This document shows positions 48,701 through 61,957 of a DNA stretch of 64,000 nt, in pieces. Source of the stretch: Thelocarpon superellum (lineage: Eukaryota). The notes below the pieces were generated by a model. It saw only the letters and a list, made by a program, of their open reading frames with translations, had not been told where the DNA came from and ran no database searches. A program made the position numbers and the translations under genes. The DNA is taken from assembly GCA_026025795.1 (NCBI GenBank), contig JAPEUG010000016.1, positions 1 to 64,000 of the forward strand, written 5' to 3'. Position 1 is the stretch's first letter; every line of letters begins with the position of its first letter.

Positions 48701-50191
48701 ACCTTGTGGCTGAAGACCCTGCGGCCAGGGGCTTATGAGGGTCCGTAGACGTGTCACCAGCTGGCGCGGATCCTTGGCCGACAAAGAGTCGAGGGCGCAG
48801 ATGTCAGTGATGAGATCGCGGGCTCTGAGAAGCGGCGTAAGAGCGGGGTGGGCAACGGGCAACAGATTCACGATGTTATCGATGAAGAGTGTGTACCGGG
48901 GCAGACGCTGTACGGGCTCGATGAGCATTGACTTGAGCCGTTGTTCGCCCGTCTGTCGGACACGCTGGGTGAAGGTGGACGTGGGGTCTTTGGTGAAGGA
49001 AGCTAGCACGCGAGAGAAGTCGCTGCTGGCCCGCAGGTAATCGGCATAGCACTGAGCGAAGCTCGGAAACCAGTGGAGAAAGAGCTTGGCAAAGGCCAAA
49101 GCGCCCGTGTCTTCCCTGCCGTCACCATGAATGACGGCCCGCCCGTTGGAAGCATGAGGATCCAGCTCTTGGGAGTTGATATCGGCCTGGGCCGTGTCTT
49201 CGGTGTCCTTCAGGACGGCGCGAAGCTCCTCGAGGAATTGGGTATTGACGTAAAGTATATCATCGAGGCTGGGCGGGAAGAGGGTGCGGAGAGCATCCTG
49301 GCCAGGGCTTGCGCTTTGCGCCTGCTTGCCGCGAGCTCGATCACGGTAATGATCTGCAACATGCGTGACGAGCGTGTGCAATTTGGCGACATAGCGATCC
49401 TCCGTCTCGACAAACTCGCTCAGTTCGCGTCGAAGTGACTCTTTCTGGCTCCGGACGAACGACTTGCTCCGGTTAAGCGACTTGGGTCGTGATGGAGCAC
49501 GACGGATGCGGGTGGTGGGAAGAAAGGTCGAGGGACCCAAGGCCTTGATCAATGGCGCGTAGCGCCCGTACGCCTTGAGGGGCAGGTCCTCCTCTCCTTC
49601 AGCTTGGTCGACCTCGGTGCTGCCGTCGTCAGTCATTCGACCAATGGTGTCTGGCGGCAGGGTGACATCAACGTCGATGCTGCTAATGGCCCGTTCGGCG
49701 AACGCGGCTTGCAGATGGGTGGTGATGGCTTTCACGTCCTTATCGCTGGTAATCTTGACCATGCGACCGGCGAGCTCTCCGGCGTGTCTGGCGTCAAACA
49801 AAGAGGCTACGCGGTTGCCCGTCTTTCGCAAGGCCGAGGCTGGCGAGGCTCTGATGGCATCCTTGAGGGTTTGAGGTAGGGAAGTGAAGTATTTGAGCAG
49901 GCCGATGGCCAAGCCACGGCCGACACTGTCGCCTTGCTGTTCGCGGGGGAGATGCTTGACAGCATCGTAGAGCGGACCGTTGGGAGACGATGTGATGCGG
50001 GGGTGGGACTGTAAGCCGGCCAAGGTAACGACATGGGCTTGCATACGCGCGCTGTTGAGCGACGAGTTGACAGTGGTGGAAGGGCCATGGAAGACGAGGA
50101 CAGGGAGATCGAAGAGGAGAGGGTCGGTGGCGGAGTAGAGGGAGACGATGTCGGTCGGAAGGTGGGGTAAGGGGGAGGAGATAGCCACCAT
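45745..50191 (-). CDS. BUD3: Bud3-like Rho GEF (DH-PH)
   Basis: VLVFHGPST N-terminus, DH domain (EFVETEDRYVAKL ... SMLIEPVQRLPRYTL), ARIEGRYSEPERE, RPSSPVKM, DELTTNDVYN, C-terminal coiled coil. About five introns. Confidence 0.85.
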
Positions 50192-50546
50192 CGTGGCGGA
50201 GGATCAGATAGAAGAAGTGGAGGATGTGTAGGAAGTAGAGGTTGCGTCTTGACGCGAGGAGACGAGGAGCTGAGTAGAATGTCGATCAGAGGCCTGAGCA
50301 GAGGGCAGATCCCGGGTTTGAACAGTGGCTTTCGGGCGACCCGGTGAGATGCAGTGAAGTTGGAAGATGGATGAGGAGAAGAGACAAGTCAGGGCGACGG
50401 TGGCAGGATAGAGGCCTTGAAGTGTCGGCGAGCCATAACAAGGCGATGGGCGACTTCCATGAAGCAGAAGCAGCGATAGGCGAATATCTGAGCTGCGATT
50501 GCCTCTTTTCTGACGAACCTCGCTCCGTCAGTCAGCGAAGGGCCGT

Positions 50547-50902
50547 GTAAACAAACGCGTCACGCACCTTCCCGGCACCGCGAGTCTCAAGGAGACCGGC
50601 GCACGTCTCCCACGGCTGATTTTGACAACAGAACGGGAGCCTGCCACAATGGGTAGTGACTGACGGCACTCCCCCCTGAACCGCCTGCTTCAGTCTGATG
50701 TGTGGTGTTAGAGTGCTACGACGTGTTAAGTGCACCGACCACTGCCCACCAGCTCTTAATTGCGCCAATCCGCGGAAACTTTCTCGAACCTTGCAGCATG
50801 GAGTTAGCGCACGACCCGAGTTACGCGGAGAGTGGGACGCGTCGTTCGCTTCCGGGGCGGCCCTCAATTAACGGGGCGAAAGGAGCACGTCATCCGACGC
50901 GT
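50547..50902. promoter_or_regulatory. Forkhead site plus three MCB elements in the BUD3-DCC1 divergent promoter
   Basis: GTAAACAA 50547-50554 abuts ACGCGT 50555-50560; further ACGCGT at 50837-50842 and 50897-50902. Confidence 0.55.
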
Positions 50903-51113
50903 CCCGGGTAAGCCAGAGCGACGACAGCTCTCCTCCCGCCTTCGCTACGTTTCGTAGTGCCCGGGAAGGTACCGTAATATTTCAGCATTTGAGCCTCGAG
51001 GTGCCCCACATATCCACGCTGGAATACAGAACGCCGGAAAATCCCCCGACCCTCCCTTCCCTGGAGTATTCCATTTCCGCAGCTGAGGAATATCCTCGCT
51101 AAACTGAACCGCG

Positions 51114-52336
51114 ATGGCTGAGCAGGAGCCCTTGGGTATCCCTCTGTCCTTCGCCCATCAGCAGCAAGGATTCCGCTTGCTGGAGCTCCCCACCGCTCTG
51201 TTAGACCAAGTCATCTCAGACAGGCCCTCCTTGTACGCATGACCTCGCCTTAGTCTCCCCTGACTTGAATCTCAGCTGACGGATGGATTGCAGCCTGACT
51301 CTCAAGTCCGCCTCGCCATCCACCCGGCCTAATGCACTTGCATCGCAAGCCGTCCTCTGCACGCCCGCACAAACCTTCAGACTACGTCAAGTCCACTCCT
51401 CCAATTCCATCTTCCTGATACAACCAGGCCAGGCCAAGACCGCGGGCGCAGTGACGGGACTGTCCATCATCTCCCTGGTCAAAGCCACATTAGAGGTTCA
51501 GCTCGACCCCTCCTCGGCCCTGCCGTATCTGGGTGATCTCTTGCCATGCTTCCACGGGGTGCATGATACCGGCGGAGACCTGAGCACGATGACAGCAGCA
51601 AGGAGCGGGATCGAAAAACTTAGCAAGAGAGCGCTTTTCAACAAAATTCCACTTTCCGAAGAGGAATGTGAACGTGCGTGGTTGGAAATATGCGCGTATG
51701 AGGACCAAAGCGTGGCGTGGAGACCTTCGTCTATCGCCCTGCTCGATATGTGGAGAGCCGTGCAATCTGCAGCGACATCAGAGGGGCTGAATTTGAGCTC
51801 TCAGTTTCTGAGAGACGACATCTGGAAGCTCGTAGCGCAAGAAGGCCAACCCAGGCCGCTAATGGATGCTGTCTTTTCGAGGATAGCTCATCATGACTCT
51901 TCTACCGATCAAGGTTGTACGTGCAATGACAACAGCCACCAGAAGAACAGAGCTAAATATCTCCCGTCATAGGGCTTGCGATCGACTCGGCACTGTGCGT
52001 GCCTTGGGTGGGCGCTCTGTTACTAGAATCTCGACCAGCGTCGAAACCTGATGTTCAGGTCTCCAGCTTTATGAATCAGTGGCAAGACGAGCTTCCTGAA
52101 GCCTGGCGAGAGAACGTCTCCATATCGCTCCTTGAAGTGCGTACACATTGACCATGCTACTTGCTAACAATAAGGTTGACTCTGGCCGCCAGGGGGTGGT
52201 TCAACAACCAACGCCAGCCACGATCCGCTTCAGCACGACGTCGAGTGAGGAAAAGCTCTCGGGCCGCGTAGGCGGCAAGAGCACCACAGCAAACCGCAAG
52301 TGGCATGAGAAATTCCGGTCCACCAAAAGCCCATAG
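51114..52336 (+). CDS. DCC1: Sister chromatid cohesion protein Dcc1 (Ctf18-RFC subunit)
   Basis: FRLLELP, LTLKS, AVLCTPAQTFRLRQVHSSNSIFL, WQDELPEAWR, ends RKWHEKFR. Three introns. Confidence 0.9.
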
Positions 52337-52388
52337 CGGCCATCCATGCGTCGCACCAGTTCAGACCACCACCTACCTAAACCATCGT

Positions 52389-53796
52389 CTAGCACCATGC
52401 GTACTTCTCGTTGATGATCCACTCAATGTCGGACCACGTCGTCCCCGTCAAAGTTGGATCGGAGTCGTCTTCACCATACCATCGCAGGCATGCAATGCTC
52501 GACATCTCTCGGTCAACAAGCATGGCTGGGTCGCCGCCGCGATCCAGTGCTGATGTCAGGAGGCGTTGGGCCGCCCGGCAAACCATGCCGGTGGGGTTCC
52601 ACACGTGAACATCTGTCATGCCCCACTCAGCGGCCTCCTTTTGCGCCTGGTACAGCAAGGCCACGACCATGTCCTCGACGGACGCATCACCCACGCACGC
52701 GTCATGCCCATTTGAGGCCACCTGGGTCTCGCCGTTCCTGATTGGCGAAGCGGCCGGCGCCATGTCCACGACAATTCTCAGGATATGAAGCGTATTTTCC
52801 TTACCCTTGCAACCATCCACGCTATACCACGCGCGCGTCCAGAGGCACCAGACTCGGCTTCCAGGTCCCGGTCCGACCATCGCCCCTTTGACTTCAGGAC
52901 ATCGACTCCAGAGCTCCCCCGCCACGAACTCCTCCCGCGCATGGTGCCAGAACATTGTCTCAACGTTGGGGATCAGTGCCACACGAATTTTGTGCGCCGC
53001 GGTTGGCGAAGCCAGATCATTCCTAATCAGTCGTTCGTCATCTAGACAAAGGTCCGAAAGCATGGACGAATAGATGGGCCTGGATGCCGGCAGATTCGGC
53101 ACAAGCGGGGGACCAGAGGTTGGTGAGAGGCAGAGGTGAGTCGAGGGGAAAGGATGCCAGCCATGGGATGCATAAAATTTCTAGAGGCGGTCACGAAGCG
53201 TCAGAAATTGCCGGGTTGAGTTGTTTCCCAAATAACGTGCCACGAACCTTGCCAATGTCGGAATACAGCACCGTGAACAGACATTCTTCTCGGCCCCGCA
53301 CCTGCCCGTCGACCTGCCACGTCCGCAGCGCTTTGTCCAGCTCTTTCATCATTCGAGCCGCGTATCCCCGTCCCCGCAAGTGTTCGGCGCAGAAAACGCT
53401 CCCTACGCCATGGGCTACAGTGTCCCTCACCTCCACATCCACACCCGCGTCCGCGTCCGCAGCAGACGCGGAAGGGGACGTGATGGCCACCAACGCCTTT
53501 TTCCGAATCGTTTCGCAGCTGGCAAGCACGCGACGGCGTTGCGGGGGCTCCATCGCATCGATCAGGATCCAGTGCGTGATGCCGTCGTCTCGTGTCAATA
53601 ATTGGCCGTGGAGGTGTGCTTCTCGTCGATGGTAAGCGGGCAAAGACAGTGCCCCGCGCCAGGAGGCGGCATGTCGCTGGCAGATTTGGGCTTTCTCTGT
53701 GGCCGTCGGATGGGCTAGAGCGAGCGTGGGTGAGCGAGAGTCGGGCAGCGTGTCATCGGATGAGTGGGAGACGTTCAACATCGCCGAGGGAGACAT
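52389..53796 (-). CDS. GNAT acetyltransferase (lysine acetyltransferase LYC1-like)
   Basis: WRGALS...Y..RE, THWIL, LASCETIRK, GVGSVFCAEHLRGRGYA, LYSDIGK/KFYASHGW, WHHARE, VWNP, NEKYAWC*. One intron. Confidence 0.9.
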
Positions 53797-54340
53797 GTTG
53801 GCACTTCAATGAATGAAGAGCGTGGTTCAATGGCAGCGCGGTTGCGGCTGAGGACGGCCCAAGTCACAGCGCTGCAGGAGAGCGCCAGCCTGCCTGCAGG
53901 AGATCAAGCTTCGAGATGCATGTCGACATGCGAGCTTCCAGTCGGTCCGTGAAGGCCTCCCATCTATTCATTGACGGTGGAGACATCCCATCCCATGACA
54001 TTCCCCCGGGCCCCGCCGCTTAATTACGCTTATGCGCGGGATGCCGATGATCACGTGGAGATTGGACTATCTGCCGCTAAGCCAGTTCGGGCCACCAAAC
54101 GATCATCCCAAGTCGGACTTACCCTCCAGAAAGCGTGTCTGGGCCGCCCTGATGTAACCAGACGCTCGGTTATGAATTGGTGTCTTCGTGCCTTTGAACA
54201 CCGCCGATGTCTTGTGCCCGTCTGAATGACGTGGCCCAGGACGGGGAATTGTCCAGCCAGAGTCACACCAGCGCTGAAACTATGCAGCCGGATGGAACGC
54301 GAGAGAACCGTGCATAGTCGGACGTCGCAGGTCATTCTCG

Positions 54341-55246
54341 TCACGGAGATTCGTTACTACCATTACTTTGTACCGACACCTTGCTCCTACTCTCCTCGAT
54401 CCATAGTTCCAGAAGGAGATGATCCACCTCGATGGATCTTACCGCCGTGGTCCGTACGCCACCTACGTCCGCTCCGGCATGCGAGCTGGATGTCTCGTTC
54501 GGGGGCTGCAGCGATGGCCGTGATGGAATCCATGGTTGCGGATGCTACGACGGTGTTAGGTGGGGGCCGCAAGAGACCAATAGCAGAGAGCAGGCAGCAT
54601 ACCCCAATTGGCGGCTCCACGCGATCTTTCAGCTCGATGCATATGGTGAAGGAGCATCCGCTGGGCAACGTGCCCAGAGATGAGCTGCAAAGAGCAAGCC
54701 GTTGCAGCATACCTCGGAACTGCTCCTCGAGATCCGCGTTATGGAGGGGTGTAACAGCTTCGCTCGGTTCGTCGTCTTCCGAGTCTGGTAGCAAAGAGGC
54801 TTCAGGATCCGTCTCGGGATCGGGAGGCGGTGCCGGGGGGAAGCGCGCCACGTCGAACATGAATCGTTCCAGTGGCTGTGAGGTAGGCGAGTAAATGACC
54901 ACGGCGACTCGTGACACCGTATCCTAGACGCCCGCGCTCGTCACTACTGAAGATCTGGACGGCCGGTGGTAGACCGGTGCGCGGTCGGTAATGGCTTTCC
55001 TACCTTGAGCATCTCGCTTTCCACCGCGGCAATGGCATCGTTGACCCACTTGCAGACGGCAGGGTGCCGATTTTGGCGGACGGGGCAATTATATTTCCGA
55101 GCGCTAAGGAAGGAGGTAGCGGGGTAAATCCCCCGCTCGTAGAGGACGGTGTGAACGGCGACATTGAGAAAGCAGGTGAAAGATGACACCAGCGAGGCAA
55201 ACTCATGGAAAGAGGATAGGCCTGTCATGGTCTCTGACGGGATCAT
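54341..55246 (-). CDS. REV7: DNA polymerase zeta processivity subunit Rev7 (HORMA domain)
   Basis: FLNVAVHTVLYERGIYP..SF.SARKYN.PVRQNRHPAVCKWV, PLERFMFD, LEEQFR, PPIG/HPQPWIPS, LWIEES. Two introns. Confidence 0.93.
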
Positions 55247-55519
55247 CTTCCTCTGGCGGAGAGGACAAGAATGACCACCCGTCGTTGGGGCATCACTAGT
55301 CCTATGGTACTCTTCGCCTTTCAGCCCAAGCCTCAGGAACAGGCGTCAGTCTTTCGCGTCGGAAATCACGAAGACACGTGATTGATGTCCCTAAGCGGTG
55401 AACTCCGTCCTCCTCATTGACTCCCGCCATTGCCAAGTCCTGAGGACCGTATCCGCCGCGGGCAATTGATTGTTCCATCCACCCTCACCACTAGCCGGAG
55501 TCGGTGGTCAAACAGCGTC

Positions 55520-58500
55520 ATGGAACAGCAGTGAGTCTCACAAGCTTCCGCGGACCCGGGAAGAGTCTGATTGGTCCATCGCCAGGCTGTTACATCTCCT
55601 CGCGGAGACGCAGTCGCCTGCAGAGGCACCCCGCACACACGCCGAGCAACAGCTAAAGGAACTCTATCCAAACGAGGGTAAGTAACCAGTCCGACCCTTC
55701 CACCCTGGATCCTGATTGACCGTCACCTAGCCTTCCCGCTTTCGCTTTGCTCGATTGCCTCTCATACCTCAGTGCCGCTCAATCTGCGCCAGTCTGCCTT
55801 GCTGATCCTCAAGACCTTTGTCGTCTCCTCGTGGTCGCCATCCTTTGATGAATTCAAGGGAACGGTGCTGGTCAGCGACGCGACCAAAGAGCAGCTACGC
55901 AATGGCGTCCTGAACATCGCCACAAGCAATGACGAGACTGACGACCGGAAGGTCAAGGCCGCTGCCAGCTATGTCGTCAGCAAGATTGCCAGCGTTGACT
56001 TTCCCGATCAATGGTCCGGCTTGTTGCCCCACCTCCTCCAAGTGATCCCCCAGGGGACCCTATCCCAGGTTCATGGCGCGTTGAAGGTATTGAGCGACCT
56101 GGTTGAAGATGGGCTTAATGAGGATCAGTTCTTCTCCGTCGCGCGGGATCTGGTCAAGGTTGTCTTTGACGTCGCCACCAACGACACACGCAAATCCACC
56201 CTTCGAGCTCTTGCCGTCTCCATCTTCCGCGGGTGCTTTGCCACCCTCGATCTGGTCATGGATAGCCATCGGGCGGCCGTCAAAGCTTTCGCGGATGAGG
56301 TCTTGAATGCATGGATGCCATTCTTCGTCGAGACGATGAAGAAGGCGCTGCCGGTCATTCCCAAGGAAGACGAGGAGTCCCGGGAAGGAGGACCACAGCA
56401 GGAATGGCGCGGGGTCATCGCCCTGAAGCTACAAGTGATCAAGACTTTGATGAAGATCCGCACCGTCTTCCCCGCAGTGCTATCGCCTCAGACCCCGCTC
56501 CTCTTCTCGGCCACGTGGGAAGAGCTCTCGTTGCTTCAGGAGCCGTATCAACAGATGTACATCAAGGATGAGCGACAGGGACGGCTGGAGGATGCTGACG
56601 GTCTCCCGTACACCCTCGACTTCCTTGTGTTGGAGGAGCTGGATTTCATGCAATCGTGTCTCCGAGCGCCGCCTGTGCGGAAGGAGCTGAACAATCAATT
56701 GCAGGCATCCAGTGGCGCCACTGGCACGGCGGGGACGAGCTGGTTGACAGAGGTGATGAAACTCGCTGTGACATATGCGCAGATCACGACAGAAGAGGAA
56801 GGCTTATGGGACATTGATGTCAACGTCTTTCTCTCCGAGGAGACGAGCGTGACGGCAAATTATACGGCACGGACTGCATGTGGCGACCTGGTCATCAAAC
56901 TTGGCGAATGGCTCGAGCACGTGGCGGTGGAGGGCTTGCTGGTTTACACGACGACCCTGTTCGCGAACACACAGAGGTTGGTCCGGCACGATGAATCGTG
57001 CAATGATAGCATTTATTGACTGTATCAGCGCGTGGAAATCACGAGAATCGTCGCTGTACGTCTTGGACCAGCTGCTGACGGACTTTCATGACGTCGATCG
57101 CAAGATCAGCCCGGAAATGTCCAATGGCTTCGCCGAGTATGTTCGATACGCACTTCAACAAGGTATGGGGCAAATCGCCGCTCAGGATGAACAGCCAAGC
57201 TGATGACATAGACGACGTCTTCCTCCGAGCACGCGGGTACCTCGTGGCCGGCGTGTTGATCCGGACTTCCAGCGATGCGTTTCAAGAGGTTGGGTTCGCC
57301 TTCATGCATCAGACGCTCAAGGCTATTTCCGACGATCCGTCGGATGTAGTCAAGGTAGCCGGGATTAAGGTGCTGCAAGACTATCTCCAGACCCTCCCGT
57401 CTGCCATGGTCCAACCACTGCAAGCCGACATCTCGGGAGCACTGGCTCTCTTCTTCGCGAGCCAAGACCCCGACGACTTGACAGACAGTGACGATCTCCT
57501 TGTTACGCTGGTAGAGACGCTGCGGGACACCATCCGTCTGGACATGCGGGTGTGCATTGCGCCCGAGTCGAAGACGCTGGATCTCCTCTTTACTTTGGCT
57601 AGTCGCGGTGCGAGGAACTTTCAGCTGGCCATGTTGGTCAACGAGACCTTCGAAGATGTGGCCAGCTCCATGGCGGCAATGGGCGGTGACGCATACATGC
57701 GATTGTGCGAGAAAGTTCTGCCGACATTGACGGGAGCGTTTGACGTGGGCAACCTGACTGGGGAGAACTTCTTGACCAACGTATGCTTCCCTTTTGCCTA
57801 TCTGCGCCGGGCACCCACTGACTGACGTTCCAGCTGGCTGCGGACCTCCTATCTGTGCTTGCCGAGCACGGGTCGGAACCACTACCAAACGGCTTCGTAG
57901 CCGCAACGATGCCCAAGCTGAACCGGCTGCTCCTGACCTCGACCGACGGCGAGCTGCTGCGTCCAGGCACGGTGGCGGTCAAATACATGCTCGCGCACGA
58001 CCACAAGCAGATGTTCGAATGGCACGACCAGAACGGCAAGTCGGGTCTCGAAGTCTGCCTGGTCATCATCGACCGGCTGCTACAAGAAGGCATGGACGAT
58101 CACGCGGCGGCCGAAGTGGGCGGATTGGCGGCCGAACTGGTCGAAAAAGCCGGCAGTGAGCGCCTTGGTCCGTATCTGCTCCAGCTTCTCCGAGCGGTAG
58201 CGATTCGACTCGCCAGCGCACAGCAGGCCGCCTTCATCCAGAGCCTAATTATCGTCTTCGCCCGCCTCTCGCTCGTCAGCGCCAAAGACGTGGTGGATTT
58301 CCTGGCCCAGGTGCAGATCCAGAACGACAATGCCCTGCAAGTCGTCATGTCCAAATGGCTGGAGAACTCCATCAACTTTGCGGGCTACGACGAGATTCGT
58401 CAGAAGTATGTTCAGCGTCATTTCAAGTCTGTTTCTCTCTCGATCTGTGCATTGATACGCTAACAACTTCCCTCACTCTAGTGTGATCGCGCTCTCGAAG

Positions 58501-59097
58501 CTCTTTAGCCTCGATGACCCTCGTCTCGCGCTGATCATGGTCCAGGGGGACTTGATCGTGCCGCAGAGCGACCGGATCATGACACGATCCAAGGCCAGAC
58601 AAAGTGAGAAGCGTCGACGCTCCTCCAATGAAGCCCACCTCCCCACTAACATGTTCCGCCCTTCAGATCCAGATCGATACACCAGCGTGCCGGTGCCGCT
58701 CAAGATCATCAAAGTGCTGATCGAGGAGCTCTCGTCGGCGAGTGGCGGCGCACGCAATCTAGACCCAGCCTCGGCCGCCTTGGCCGGAGCAGACGAGCTA
58801 GGGTCCGACGACGAGCACGACGAAGACGACGACAACGGCGAATGGGAGGACGTGCCGAACGTGCTCGAATTAGGCTTGGGCACGACCAAGGCCGAACTGA
58901 TGGCATATGGCGAGGGATCCGGCACCGGCGCCGGCGCGCTGGGAAGCCGACAGCGCGACGACGAGACTCAGGCCTATCTCACCGCCTTCTTTCGCGACGT
59001 GTCGGAGAAGAACGTCGCGCGCTTCTCGGAGATGTTTGCTATGCTGACGGCTGACGAACAGCAGAAGTTGAGCTTGTTGGGTCAGGCGGCTGGGTAG
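55520..59097 (+). CDS. KAP114: Importin-9 / karyopherin Kap114
   Basis: MEQQ micro-exon, IBN_N (AEQQL, LRQSALLILK), DFPDQW, RLEDADGLPYTLDFLVLEELD, FLSEETSVTANYT, IMVQGDLI...RIMTRSKAR, PLKIIKVLIEEL. Multi-exon. Confidence 0.94.
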
Positions 59098-59538
59098 GCG
59101 ATGGGACGATGAGAGACGAGATAGGGTGGAAAGGAGGTGCCTTGACGACAATGCAGGTGGTCCTTCTGCTAGCGTTTCCATATCTGTCTCGTGCGCTTTT
59201 TCTTTCTCCTGGTCCCAAGAGGGGGGAATCCTGGGCGTTGCTTGCTCGCTCCTCCTTCATCGATGCCGCCATTCGTTGTACATAAGTCTGGCTGGATGGC
59301 AGTGCGGGGCAGTGGCCTGAAGGTAAGGTGAAGTCAGGGCGAAGAGAAGGACCCGTAGAGCGCAGAGAGCAATCCTAGCCTTAATACCGTCACTTCGGGA
59401 TTTCCGTGTCATCCTGCCGCTTCATGTCACGTGCCATGCACATCACGTCACGTCAGTCCCGTCGGTCACGTCACGTCAAGTTTGTGTGAAGAATCTCGCC
59501 TCATCTCGCTGTGTAATGCTATCTCGTGCCTGATGAAG

Positions 59539-59572
59539 GAATCCTGACTCGTCTCGAATCCTGACTCGTCTT
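59539..59572 (+). repeat. 17-bp direct tandem duplication within a TCACG-rich convergent 3' region
   Basis: gaatcctgactcgtctc gaatcctgactcgtctt; TCACGTCACGTCA occurs twice at ~59440-59480. Confidence 0.85.
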
Positions 59573-59622
59573 GACATGTCTCTGCATGTCAAGTCACGTC
59601 GTGTCGGGTAGGTCAGGGTAGA

Positions 59623-61957
59623 TCAAGTCAAATCCATGATCGATTTCGACTTTTCGTAGACGACGTATGTCTGTGATCTGTTAGTCTGCTGCGTTGAACA
59701 TCCTGCCAACCGTTTCACATGTTGAGAGAGGTAGGCACGAGAAGAAGGAAGAGACAATGAAATGTATACTCACAATCGACACAGCGGGAACCACTTTGAG
59801 CAGATTGGGCGTGATGCCTTTGAACAGTCCGCGCACGCCCTCGCGACTAATCGTCTTGCGCGTAACGTCGACGATGCCGGTGTAGGTGGGCGGATGGATG
59901 GCCGTGCCTTGGGCCTGGAGGCGCGTCCGCAGCAGATTGAGTGGGTAGACGATGGAGGCGCCCAGCGCGCCGCTAACGGCCCCGATGCCGGCCGTCGTGA
60001 GGCTGCCGGGCGCCGCGTCCTCTTCGTGGCAGCCGCGCAACTTGGCGTTGCGCGACGCGATGCTGCGCTTGAGATATTCGAAGGTGCCCAGGTCAATCGC
60101 CGCGTAGGGAAACATCCCCACCAGCCCCATCGTCAGGCCGCGGTAATACGTCCGGAAGCCGTTGGTCCGCCACATCTTTCGCGCCGTGTCGGCAATCAGC
60201 TGGTTGCCGTATACGCCGCCTTCGACGGTCTCGCATTGCACGCGGCTATGAGAAGGGATTAGAAGGGCGCCGCGCGGAGGTGGAAGTCAACGGGAGGCGA
60301 ATGGGGAAGGTTACAATTTCAGGGTGTCAACGGGGTAGACGAAGAATCTGGCCGGGTTAGAGGAGACGGAGGTTGGCAGGTCGATTTTGGACTCACTGCG
60401 AGATCATTCCGCCCATTCCACCCGCCACGAACTTCGACCACCCGTGGATATTCCGTGGGTCGCCGTGGCCCTCGAGCCGGGCCAGCGCTCGCTTCGATCC
60501 CTACGGCTCTCAGAATGGCCTCTCGGATCTTGGTCTCGATCGGACCTACCTCGTATGAGCCAAATTTGATGGCTGACTCGGGCATGACTTTCAACACGTT
60601 CAATCCATTTCCTACGCGATCAGCACATGGTTCGGCCGGTCGGTTGGAGACAAAAGAGTTGTTGGAGGGAAGCAAATATTGTTGAAGAGAAGGAGATGTT
60701 CTTGGAGAGAAGTAGACGCGGTTGGAGAGACACATACCCGCAAAGAGACTATGGAGACCCCCTGCTTGCCAAAGCACTTTTGACGCTTCGATCAGCGGAC
60801 GCGACGCTTTCTTGGCGGCCTGCGCCGCGTCTCCTTTCTTGATGGCGTCGACGGTTTCTTCGCGTACGCCCGTCTGCGCGATGAGATAGACTTTGAGCCG
60901 GTCGAGAGGCGCGGTGGCGGTGCGAGAAATCACCCCAGCGATTCCGCCAGCTAAGAAATAGCCTGGATCCGGAAGCAAATGGGTCAGCAAGGGTGCTGCC
61001 AAGTCTCCTGAGGCGGCAGTCTCCTCTGGAACCGACGGTGGCGTGGTCGCGGCATTCGTCATTGGGCGGCTATCATTACTCGCACCATCGCAAGCACCAT
61101 CCAGCCCAATCGACAGAGGTCGTGTCGCATCGAGCTCCGGCTGGACAGCGGTCGGAAATGCCACAGGGGACCTTGGTGACGCTAGGCTGGCAAGGGCGGC
61201 AATGAAAGAGGTAGGAAATCTTGACGGTCTACCTGTTCCTTCGATCGTTTCATCACTGACGTGTACGTCGCCCTCGGCGTTAAGCATGACCGCTGACGAG
61301 TAATACGACAGCACGGCCTTCAAGCCGGGGCTGTCGACGGGCATGAAGAGGAGGAAATTTCTGCAAGCGTCAGCATGGTCCGGAGCTACAGCAATGAGCG
61401 TGGGTCTGCGAAGACGTACCGCCATTCGTCGAAGCTGATCACGCCATCCTGGTTCGTATCGACCTCGGCGAAGAATCGGTCGAGCTTGGAACTAGGCACG
61501 GCTAAGCCGGACCGACGAAAGGCCATCTGCAGTTCGGCCTTGTCGAGCTTGCCGTTGTGGTCGCGGTCGATGCTGTTGAACAAGTTTCGCAACTCTTTCT
61601 CCGTCTCTCCGACAAAGACGCGAAACTCTGGACAGCTTGTCAGTCTCCGGCGTGTGGAGCCAGCGACGACGCCGCCCGCGACACTCAGACATACCATTGT
61701 ACTGGATCTTGCCGTCCCGGTTCGTGTCGACGGCCTTGATGACATCGTGGAGCAAGAGATCGGCGTTCTTCAGGGCTGAAGGGTGTCAGTGGGAGCCTGA
61801 CGGGAGAAGATGGAGGTGTCCCGGGCTCACGATGATCCATCTTCTTGAGGCCGCGCTTGAGGGCAGTGATATCCAATTGACCCTCCTTACGCGTATCCAG
61901 CACCCGCCAGAGTTGCTCGACTCGGGCGTCCTGTGCGTCGAGAGGGTCGTCGTCCAT
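59623..61957 (-). CDS. SAL1: Ca2+-binding mitochondrial ATP-Mg/Pi carrier
   Basis: EF hands (DTNRDGKI, DRDHNGKL, DTNQDGVI), YFLAGGIAGVISRTATAPLDRLK, PESAIKFGSYE, YPLNLLRTRLQ, KVVPAVSI/TYVVYE. Multi-exon. Confidence 0.95.
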
